DNA of 38,622 bases, from positions 104,515-143,136 of the forward strand of contig BLSG01000235.1 of the NCBI GenBank assembly GCA_012862495.1. Reading direction: 5' to 3'. A program made the translations under genes and the position numbers. Below are positions 22,713 through 32,835 of this stretch, piece after piece. The notes beneath the pieces are model-generated. The model was not told the origin of the DNA, ran no database searches, and saw nothing but the letters and a program-made list of their open reading frames with translations. This stretch comes from Thraustochytrium aureum (lineage: Eukaryota). Numbering within the stretch: position 1 is the first letter of the stretch; each line of letters begins with the position of its first letter.

Positions 22713-24226
22713 TCGCTGGATGTAAGTGCTTTGTTTTTGCGTTGCGAGGGGTGGGCGGACGGGCGCGTGGCTGACTCTGGCCGCACCGCAGGGACTTTTT
22801 TACGAGCACGGGCCGTTCCGCATCAACCCGGAGGACCCCTCCAAACTCGTCCCCTTTGATTTCACTTGGGCCCTGCTTGCGAACATGCTCTACATCGAAG
22901 CCCCGGTGGGGGTCGGGTTTTCCTACTCGGACGACCCGGCGGACTACAACGTGAACGACAACACCACAGCCCTCGACAACCTCGCGGCGATCAAAGCCTT
23001 TTACAGCAAGTTTCCAGAGCACGTCGACGCTGACTTTTTCATGTAAGTTTCTCTCTCTCCCCCCCAACTCTACTAGCTAGTAGAGAGAGAGCTACTCTCT
23101 AGAGCTACTAGAGCGGCGAGGTGCGAGCGCGGTGGTGGGCCCCGTTTCCCTCGCTGACGATGCGCCCCGAGCACAAACAGCACGGGCGAGTCCTATGCCG
23201 GCGTGTACGTCCCCACTCTCGCCGAAGCCATCATGAACGACGACAAGGCTGGGACATACTCGGGGGCAAAGCTGCGCGGTATCGCCGTCGGCAACGGTTG
23301 CACAGGCAATGAGGTCGGCGCATGTTCCAACGAAGGCCAGTCGCAAAAGTACCTGAGCCAGTTCCTTCTCCAAACCGCCCTCGTTTCGCCAAAGTCCAAG
23401 GCCGACGTTGCCTCGGCGTGCGGGGACTTTTCCAAGCACATCCCGGAGCCGCAAGGCTCTTGCAAGCAGGCGCTCAGGGAGATGCACGAAAACATCGGGA
23501 ACGTCAACTTGTACAACGTCTACGGCGAGTGCCACAACGGCAGCACGGTAGCGCTCAAAGCGCCGTCCCCTGCGGTCACGGAGCGGATGGCACGCGAGGC
23601 GGAGCGCGCGTCGCTTCTCGTCGGCAAGCTCGGCCTCGCCCCGCTCACGATGCCAGGCCCCGTGGCCTGCATTGACTCGCGCTTTGCTTCCGCGTACCTG
23701 AACGACGAGGCCGTGCAGGCCGCGCTGCACGTCAAGAAGCCGCCGTTCCGTTGGGAGGTCTGCGCCAACCAGGTCCACTACACGTCAAACCGGCCCAACT
23801 TGCCGCGCGACACCTACCCGGCGCTTGTCGAGTACTTGGACCGAACTATCATCTACAACGGGTAAGTCTCACGGAGCTCGCGGCCCAGCGCGGCGCAGAG
23901 GGGGGGGCGTGGCCTCACTAACACACGAACAACCGACCTGGCGACGAAACAGCGACTGGGACGCCTGCGTGCCGTACACGGACAACATGGACTGGACGAG
24001 CAAGATGGGCTTCAAGGTTGCTGAGGAGTGGCACCCCTGGTCGTACTCTGCCACGGACGGCGAAGGCTCGCAAGTGGCGGGGTACGCCGTTGCGTACAAG
24101 ACACCCAAATCAGGCAAGCCATTTTCCTTCGTCACGGTTCGTGGCGGGCGGCACGAGGTGCCGGAAACCGCGCCGGAGCAGGCCTTTGAGCTCCTGCGGC
24201 GACTTTTGAGCGGCCGCGAGTTTTAG
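22713..24226 (+). CDS. Serine carboxypeptidase, peptidase S10 (5' end in or before gap); exons <22713-22721, 22792-23042, 23181-23861, 23953-24226
   Basis: SLD|GLFYEHGPF, ANMLYIEAPVGVGFSY, catalytic GESYAG, AVGNG, YNG|DWDACVP (Asp) and GGRHEVP (His). Three GTAAGT...CAG introns (22722-22791, 23043-23180, 23862-23952) restore the frame. Confidence 0.93.
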
Positions 24227-24399
24227 CCGCGCAAGAGCTAGCGAGCGAGCTCGAGAAAGAGTGAGACTACTCTCAAACGTAGAGCGCCGCCGAGGGCTGC
24301 TGCTCTAGCACTAGGTAGAACGTGGCACCGCTCGTCAGATTGCTTTTTTGCAGGAGGCTCGGCCCTAGCTAGAGTCTCAAACCTACAAGAGAAACTGGC

Positions 24400-27300
24400 T
24401 CACATGCTCTTCTTGAACGCCTTGATCGTGTGGCGCACCGGGACGCCCAGCTGCTCGGACAACTTGCGCACCTTTGAGAGCGGGATGACGACGCGCGTCG
24501 GCGAGCTGCCTCCTGACGGGTTTGCTACCTGGTTCGCCAGGTGTGCGGTGACTCGCGACGCGATGTTGTACAGCTCGTCGCGCTTGTAGCGCGACCCCTC
24601 GGCCGCGCTGTCCACAAACTCCTTGAGGATCGCCTGCGGAGAGGGCATGTCGCGCCGCTCGTACTGGCAAATCCACTCGTGCTTCAAAAGGTCCTGCGCC
24701 GAAAGTCGCTCGGCCGGGTCAAACTTTGTGCAATTGGCCAAAAAGTCGCGAAACAGCGCAGAGTATTCTGCGTCCACCGAGGGGAAGGGGTTGTGCTTGA
24801 CAAACTCGAGCAAGTGGAAGAACGACATGTGGCGCACCGGATTTTGGCCCATCGCCAGCGCGGTCAACGCGACGCCGAGGGCCCAAATGTCGGCTGGGTA
24901 CGAATACGATCTGCCCTCCAGGCGCTCTGGGCTCATGTAGGTGACGCTCCCCAAAAACGTTTCACACATAGCGTCGTTCTCGTGGTTCTTGCCGCCCTGC
25001 GCCATCATGTCGCGCGCGAGGCCCAGGATCCGAGAGCTTGGCGCCCGCGCGACGGTCGATGAGAATATTTGCTGGCTTGATGTCCCGGTGCATCCTGTGG
25101 CTGTCGTGGAGCTCGCACAGCGACCGAAGCGCCCCGGTTGCGATCGCGACGAGAATCTCCTCGCGTGGGCGCTCCCAGCGCTGCATCATGTCGGCGCACG
25201 AGCCGCCGTCCATGTACTCCATTACAATCTTGACGGAGGCGTCGTCCGGGTCGAAAAACGCGCCAAACATTCGTATCAGCGCCCCCGTCTTGCCCTTGCC
25301 GGAAGTCTTGACCGATGCGTCCAGCGCGCGGATCTCCTTGGCGATCTGGTACCTGCTCGCCTCGTCGTATACTCTGATGCTCTTTATCGCCACGAGCTGG
25401 AACGAGTTGAGCTGCAGCGCGCGGTTGACGCGCCCGCTGGCCCCGCGCCCGATCTCGTTTAGAACAATCAGGTCGTCTCGGAAGGTACGCCGCTGGCTCG
25501 ACGAAGTAGTCGACGCTGCCGACGGCGATGCACCAGGCTTGACAATACCGTACAGCCCAATACGAATTCCATCGATGTCCACGGATGCAGAGTCGTCATT
25601 GGAGCTCAACAAGTCGTCGGTGTCAGATCCCGAGGTGGACATCGTCGACCCCGGCGTGGACGCGGCCTTGCCCGACCCGCTCGGGCTCCAAGTTTTGCCT
25701 TCCTCGCCGTTGTCGGCGCACAAGGCGACCGAGGCAGCGGCGGCCGCCCGCCGAGCCTTGCCCGCTTGGCGCCGATCTCTGTCACTTCGTTCGTTGCTGG
25801 GCTCGCTTGACGTGAAACCACTCGCTGGCTTCTTGCTCGCGCTGGCGAGCGGGGGAATCGACTTGACCAAAGGCCCTTGCACGGCGGAGCCAGCGGCCGA
25901 GGCCCTCTGCGCGGCGTCGCGGGCCAAGTCGGGTTTCTGCGCGCTTCTTACACCCCCAGCAACGGCTTCTGCGGCGCTGGCCGGCACCTTTGCGGGCACC
26001 GCTCTTGGCGCAGCTGCTGCCGTTGAGCCGCGCTCGTCGTCAAAGACGCGAAACACAAAGGGGCGAGCCGGGCGCAGCAGGCCCTCTTGGCTATCCGCAG
26101 AGCTAGTTCCGATTTCCGACATGCTCTCGACGAGAAGGTCTGCGCGATCGTCAAGACCGCCACCTCCGTCTACGAGGAGGATGTCGTTTGCATGAAATGT
26201 GATGGGCCGCACAGCGCCGTCAATGATGACGTCGTAGGTTCCATCGCCAAGGTTGCGACTGATCCGGCCGCCTTCAAAGTGGTCGCCACGCCAGACGTGC
26301 ACCTGGTGCGTTGAGAGAAAGGCTCGCTCCGGGAAGCGGAGCTCCTGCTCGGCCCAGCTCAGCTCGACGAGGACCTGCTCAAACTCGGGTCGCTTATCCG
26401 GCTCTTGCGCCCAGCACTGCCCGAGAAGGCGGCGCAGGCGCGCAGGTGTCAGCGGCCCTACCTGCGGGCGGTACCCTTCGAGCAGCTGGGTGAACAGTAT
26501 GGCTAGCGTCCAGTTTTCGGGGTGGGGTCGCCGGCGGTGGAGCATTTCCCAAAACACGAGCGACCACGAGTACACATCCACGCCGTAGGAAAGCACGGTG
26601 GTTTGGCCGCGCAGGATCTCCGGCGCCACATAGGTGGGCGTGCCGTGGAGCGCGGGCTGGTTGGCGCTCCTGTTGGCTTGCTCGGCTTGCGACCCCAGCT
26701 TGGCGATCCCCAGGTCGCAGATCTTGATCTTGCCCGAGTCGCTCAGTAGCAGGTTGGCCGGCTTGATGTCAAAGTGGACCACCTTCATCGAGTGGATGAA
26801 GGCGCACCCTTTGCTGATCTCCGTGGCGAGCCGCAAGGCCTGCATCAGCGTGATGGGCTCGTCCGACGCGAGCAGGTCGCGCAGGCTGCAAGGCGCGAGT
26901 TCGGTGACCAACAAGTAGCGGACCCGGCCCGGCGCGTCGGCGGACTGGATCACCGCTGCGCCGTACAGCTCCACAATGTGTGGGTGGCGCAGCCTTCGCA
27001 GGGCTTCCAGCTCGGTGAGAAACTCCTCCTGCACGGCGTCGTTGGCAGAGAGCGACATGATCTCCTTCACTGCAACGTCCGAGCCAAGATACGAGGCTCG
27101 NNNNNNNNNNNNNNNNNNNNNNNNNNNNNNNNNNNNNNNNNNNNNNNNNNNNNNNNNNNNNNNNNNNNNNNNNNNNNNNNNNNNNNNNNNNNNNNNNNNN
27201 NNNNNNNNNNNNNNNNNNNNNNNNNNNNNNNNNNNNNNNNNNNNNNNNNNNNNNNNNNNNNNNNNNNNNNNNNNNNNNNNNNNNNNNNNNNNNNNNNNNN

Positions 27301-28802
27301 NNNNNNNNNNNNNNNNNNNNNNNNNNNNNNNNNNNNNNNNNNNNNNNNNNNNNNNNNNNNNNNNNNNNNNNNNNNNNNNNNNNNNNNNNNNNNNNNNNNN
27401 NNNNNNNNNNNNNNNNNNNNNNNNNNNNNNNNNNNNNNNNNNNNNNNNNNNNNNNNGGCGGCGGCGCTGGTCCGCCGCCGCTCGAGTCCGAGTCTGAGTC
27501 GTCGCGGAACCAGGAGGGCCCCCGAGGGCGGGATTTGGCTTGCCACGGGCGGCGGCGGCGGCGAGTTCTCTGCGAAGGCGTGGCGTCGGGGCTTGGGCCG
27601 CGCGTGAGCCTGCCTCGGCAGTACAAAAGGTAGAGGATGAACGCGATGGCAGCAGCCAGCAAGAACGAGAGCACGCCGCCAACGATGGCGAGCGTCCCTT
27701 GCGTGTCCAGCTCGCGCCTGCGTGGAAACGCTTGCGCAGCGGCAGCGCGCGAGAAAAGTAGCGCTGCGGCTTCACCGTCTCGACACGGCGCTGCCATCAC
27801 AGTCTCGGGCAACCCGGCGAGCGCTTGCCCGACCAAGGATTCCGCGGATGCCCAGGCTGTAAAGTCGCTCAGGCCGTCCGCGCCCCCCCAAAGCGCCAGC
27901 CGGTCGCACTCTTGCGGGCGGGCGGCGCCGGGCACTCGTCGTACGACTAGCCAGGCGCGCGGCACCCGAGCCCTGAAAGCCTTCAAATCCGCCAAAGAGA
28001 GCGACGGCAAGACAGCCACGACCTCGCCGTCGCTTCCGTTGCCGCACACTCCCGCCTGCACAATCCCCGCCGCAGTCTCCATGGCAACCCGACGTGCCGC
28101 CCGAGCCCCGTACGCCGCGCTTCGCAACCGAGCTGTGCGCACCGCCCTGGCCACCTCGGCGGCGCGTCGCGCAAACCCTATTCGCGCGACGCCGACGCGC
28201 CCCTCCCGCTCGCTCCCAACTACAACAACGACCACTGCTGCATCAATCGCAGCAGCTGCCACATTCCACGCGACAATTTCGGCATCCAGCGTTCCGTCGC
28301 TCTCGTCGATGACAACGGCAACCACTCGCGGCTCCGCGCCTTCGCCGCCACACCGCAGCCCGCCCATGCTGTCGCCGCGCCGGAGGGCGGCGCCCGCGTG
28401 CGCGAGGCGCGGCAAAACCTGACCAAGCCAACCAGCTAGCAAGCCAGCCGGCCTCGCCAGCAACTCGATGGCGCGCTTCTAGCCCAGCTCCTCGTCCTCG
28501 TCGCACGTTGCACGTCCACGCCCAAGCCGCCGCCGTACGCGCACGCACCGACCAACTCGATGGCGCGCTTCGAGCCCGGCTCCTCGCCCTCGTCGTTCGT
28601 TCCCGGGGCGGGATGGGACCGAACGAGGCCTTTCCCGGCCGCAGATCGCCGCCACCAGCCCACTGGCGAGCGCAGCAGCGGACGCCGCAGGCGGGCAGGT
28701 AGCCAGGCAGGACGCCCTCGGCAGGACGCCCTCGGCAGAGCGCCTGCGCGCCCGTTCGCACTCGCGCGGCGCCCGCCGCCCGCGCGCCGCGCCGCTTGCA
28801 GG
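24400..28802 (-). CDS. Receptor-like dual-kinase protein: PA-like ectodomain, TM helix, TKL kinase, Tudor-like module, MAP2K/STE7 kinase (gap 27101-27456; intron about 28548-28419; apparent 1-nt insertion at 25026-25027; 5' end in gap)
   Basis: TKL: VAVKEI, LRHPHIV, HFDIKPAN, CDLG, GTPTYVAPE, DVYSW. MAP2K: IGRGASG, VAIK, MEYMDGGS, HRDIKPANIL, SD(L)GLAR, TFLGSVTYMSPERL, YSYPADIW. TM: TLAIVGGVLSFLLAAAIAFILYLLY. The two kinases share one ORF; linkage of the TM segment is across a gap. Confidence 0.8.
28461..28595. repeat. 43-bp direct repeat, 2 copies (28461-28503 and 28553-28595), 3 mismatches
   Basis: caactcgatggcgcgcttctagcccagctcctcgtcctcgtcg versus caactcgatggcgcgcttcgagcccggctcctcgccctcgtcg. 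Confidence 0.92.
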
Positions 28803-29417
28803 NNNNNNNNNNNNNNNNNNNNNNNNNNNNNNNNNNNNNNNNNNNNNNNNNNNNNNNNNNNNNNNNNNNNNNNNNNNNNNNNNNNNNNNNNNNNNNNNNN
28901 NNNNNNNNNNNNNNNNNNNNNNNNNNNNNNNNNNNNNNNNNNNNNNNNNNNNNNNNNNNNNNNNNNNNNNNNNNNNNNNNNNNNNNNNNNNNNNNNNNNN
29001 NNNNNNNNNNNNNNNNNNNNNNNNNNNNNNNNNNNNNNNNNNNNNNNNNNNNNNNNNNNNNNNNNNNNNNNNNNNNNNNNNNNNNNNNNNNNNNNNNNNN
29101 NNNNNNNNNNNNNNNNNNNNNNNNNNNNNNNNNNNNNNNNNNNNNNNNNNNNNNNNNNNNNNNNNNNNNNNNNNNNNNNNNNNNNNNNNNNNNNNNNNNN
29201 NNNNNNNNNNNNNNNNNNNNNNNNNNNNNNNNNNNNNNNGCGTGCTGTGCAGGTGAAGGCGGGTCGAACAAGTTGTGGACGCTGCAGACGGGATTCGTCG
29301 GCTTGGAGCTCGTAGCAGGAGGGACGGTGTACGACTTGGACGCTGCGCCTGATCCCGTGTCAGTGGGGGGCTGTGACCTGCTGACTTGCTCGAGCACCGC
29401 GTTGGTCGTTGGGGGCC

Positions 29418-31498
29418 ATGGGCAACAGACTCAGCTCAATGCCTTTGCCGTCGTTCGCCGGCGGCCAGGCTGAAGCCACCAGCGCTGCACCAAGCAACGC
29501 CGACGGTGCGGCTTACAGCGAGTCCGAGGACGAGGATTCGACGGTTGGAGCAGCCCGCCGCGGCAGCCGCGGCGAAAGGGGCTACGGGGAGCCGCTGACC
29601 TTCGCCTCCACGTTTTTCCTGCGGAGCAGCGACTCTGGGCGGTGCCTGTTCGCCGGGGAGGGCAACGCGTGCATGCACGGCGACCGCGTGCTGTCCACGT
29701 CGCTTATGACCTTCCACGGCCAAGCTGGCAACCAGATCAACTTTCGCGGCGACAAGGAGCTCAAGTGCGTCCGCGATGGTGACATTGTCACCATGTACGC
29801 CAACATCATGGACGGTGGCCAATACCTCTGTCCAGGGCGGGGAAGAACAGCAAACGCCTCTTCTGGCACGGCAGCCTCGAGATGGTGAGCGGGGACTCGG
29901 CGACGTACGAGTTTATCGTCCGCCGCGCCAGCCCGCCGCAACCTGAGCGCAAAGGCCTAGCCCGCACGCTCTCCATTCGTCGGCTGAAAATGTTCCCGTT
30001 CCGTTCACGAAGGTCTTCCACGGAGGACTTTGTTGTCGACTCCGGGCCGAAATCAAAGACACCGCCAGCGGCGGCCTTCAGTCGACTCAGCGCAGCGGAT
30101 CCCTCCTCCTCATCCTCATCCTCCTCCTCCTTCTCCTACTCCTCCTCTTCCTCGGTGGGGGCGCGCCGCCCGATGACCCCTGCCTCGCGAGAAATCCAAG
30201 AGCGGCAGCGCATCGCTCGGGCAGCCGCAGCAGGGAGTCTGTCTCGGCCGCTGAGCCCTTCGATTGGGGCCCAGCGACTCGACGAGGGCGTTGTTCGTGG
30301 CGAGCCTTGCATGCGAGAGGTGGTGATTCCAGCCGAGAGCCAGGGCCTGGAGGCCGGAGACGAGGAATCTGGCGGCGATGCGACCATGAGCGAGGGGGCC
30401 GCAGGCGCGGAAGAAATCACGCAAAAAACGCCTGAATCAGCCTCTGCTCCCCCCATGCTGTTGCCAGCACCTGCGCCGGCCGTGAATTTTCTGGCGGAGG
30501 CTCAAACGGCAGACGCTGAGGCTGCAACTACAGGCGCCTTGCGTGCGCTCTCGTCCGCTGGTGCCGCAGAGCCCACGCAGGCTGCGGGGCCGGATGCGGC
30601 GGTTGACTCGCGCATTTTGCTCATGGGCGAGCTTGTCACGCTCGAGTTGCGGGCCCGGCCGGGCTATTTCGTGGTCGCCAAGCCACTTTCGCCGCACGTG
30701 CAGCTTAGCTCATCCGACAAGGGCCGATTCGCACTCGCGGTGCCGCAGCTCCACCATCTGGTGGAGATCAACAAGGCCGGGAACAGCTCGCACATGCTTC
30801 GGTCCGGCAGCCTGCATGCAGAGCCGAAACGCGCAATCTCCAAAGAGGAGGCGAGCTGGCTGCGTCTCCTGGAGCGCCTCCCGCTCGACATTTTCTACCG
30901 TGTGCTGCAGTACAAGGGAAAGTGGGTCGGTGTTGCGCGGTTGGTGAACAAAGACTGGTGCCGTGCTGCCACCTTGCATGTGCACCGAATCCGCGTAAAC
31001 GGCGAGTTCGCCTGCATCTCCACCGCTCAGGAGCGAAAGGAGCTCATGTCCTTTGTCGGGCGCTGCTTGCACCTCACGTCGCTCAAGCTGCGCAATATAG
31101 ACGACCTCGACGACGACGACATGGCGAACGTCGGCAACTGCAAGTTTTTGAGGTACCTTGCAGTCGGCGGGTGCCGCGGGCTCACGGATGCGAGCATCCG
31201 CCACCTCGCGGGGCTTGGCGAGATGCAGAGCCTCAACCTTGCCGCCACAGAGATAACCGATGAGGCGCTCTTCGAGCTGGCCTCGATCTTCCCGCAGCTC
31301 TCGTGTCTCAACCTGTACGGGTGCCGCAATGTCACCGTTGCGGGCCTTGCGCGGGTTATGCGGTTGCCCAAGCTCGAGTCTGTCAATGTTCGTGGATGCG
31401 CGCTTCTGCAGCATGTTAGCACCGACGCCCTGCAGATCGCGTTTCCGTCGGTGCAGGTGCTGACCGGCCCGCTCAACGTGGAAGGCATTTACGGCTAG
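29418..31498 (+). CDS. F-box/leucine-rich-repeat protein with long N-terminal extension (apparent frameshift at 29839-29842)
   Basis: ATG 29418 (MGNRLS). Reading G4 as G5 joins YLCPGRG to KNSKRLFWHGSLEMVSG. F-box LLERLPLDIFYRVL...ARLVNKDW. Cys-containing LRRs: LRYLAVGGCRGLTDASI, LSCLNLYGCRNVTVAGL. Confidence 0.85.
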
Positions 31499-32186
31499 CA
31501 ACGTTTTNNNNNNNNNNNNNNNNNNNNNNNNNNNNNNNNNNNNNNNNNNNNNNNNNNNNNNNNNNNNNNNNNNNNNNNNNNNNNNNNNNNNNNNNNNNNN
31601 NNNNNNNNNNNNNNNNNNNNNNNNNNNNNNNNNNNNNNNNNNNNNNNNNNNNNNNNNNNNNNNNNNNNNNNNNNNNNNNNNNNNNNNNNNNNNNNNNNNN
31701 NNNNNNNNNNNNNNNNNNNNNNNNNNNNNNNNNNNNNNNNNNNNNNNNNNNNNNNNNNNNNNNNNNNNNNNNNNNNNNNNNNNNNNNNNNNNNNNNNNNN
31801 NNNNNNNNNNNNNNNNNNNNNNNNNNNNNNNNNNNNNNNNNNNNNNNNNNNNNNNNNNNNNNNNNNNNNNNNNNNNNNNNNNNNNNNNNNNNNNNNNNNN
31901 NNNNNNNNNNNNNNNNNNNNNNNNNNNNNNNNNNNNNNNNNNNNNNNNNNNNNNNNNNNNNNNNNNNNNNNNNNNNNNNNNNNNNNNNNNNNNNNNNNNN
32001 NNNNNNNNNNNNNNNNNNNNNNNNNNNNNNNNNNNNNNNNNNNNNNNNNNNNNNNNNNNNNNNNNNNNNNNNNNNNNNNNNNNNNNNNNNNNNNNNNNNN
32101 NNNNNNNNNNNNNNNNNNNNNNNNNNNNNNNNNNNNNNNNNNNNNNNNNNNNNNNNNNNNNNNNNNNNNNNNNNNNNNNNNNNNNN

Positions 32187-32835
32187 AGTTCGGGTCGGCG
32201 TAGATCGCCTGGCGCTGCGCTTCGGAGATGCCGATCTGCCATGGGTGGTGGAACGCGCCGCAGCACATCGGCACAATCGCCCCCACAAAGTCGGAGCCGC
32301 CCATGCAGGCCCACTCGAGCGTCTGCATGCCTCCGAGCGAGCCGCCAATGACGCAGGCTACTTTGCGAACGCCGAGGTGTTCGCGGACGAGCCGGATGTG
32401 CAGTCCGACGCTGTCGCGCACCGTCACGTCCGGGAACTCGCGCCCGTACGGCTTGCCCGTGGCGGGGTCGACCGTCGTGGGCCCTGCTGTCCCGTAGCAG
32501 GACCCGAGGATGTTGGCGCAAACCACAAACATGCGCGTGTCGTCGAACAGCTTGCCCTCCCCGAGCATGGACCCCCACCAGCTGTTGAGCGCAGCGTTGC
32601 CGGTCAGCGCGTGACAGACCACGAGGCAGTTGTCTTTGGTCGCGTTCAGTTTACCAAACGTCTTGTACCGCACTTGAACATCCCGCAGCGTGCGCCCGCT
32701 TTCCAGCAGCACGGCGGGGGCCACGAACGTCTCACCGCTCGAGTCCACGTCCTTGTACTCGTCCTCCTCGTCGTCCTCCGCGTCCGCGACCACCTTGGGC
32801 GACGCGGCCAGCTCCTCCTCCTCCGCGACCTTCAT
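32187..32835 (-). CDS. MET2: Homoserine O-acetyltransferase (MetX/Met2 family); 3' end in gap
   Basis: ATG 32835. LESGRTL, YKTFGKLN, VCHALTG, WWGSMLGEG, CANILGSCYGT, nucleophile IGGSLGGMQTLEW, QRQAIYADPN. Confidence 0.92.

Noticed and set aside
29240..29473. Protein-like + strand frame upstream of the F-box gene
   Set aside because: Short, begins in a gap and has no motif; it may be UTR or the tail of an unseen gene.
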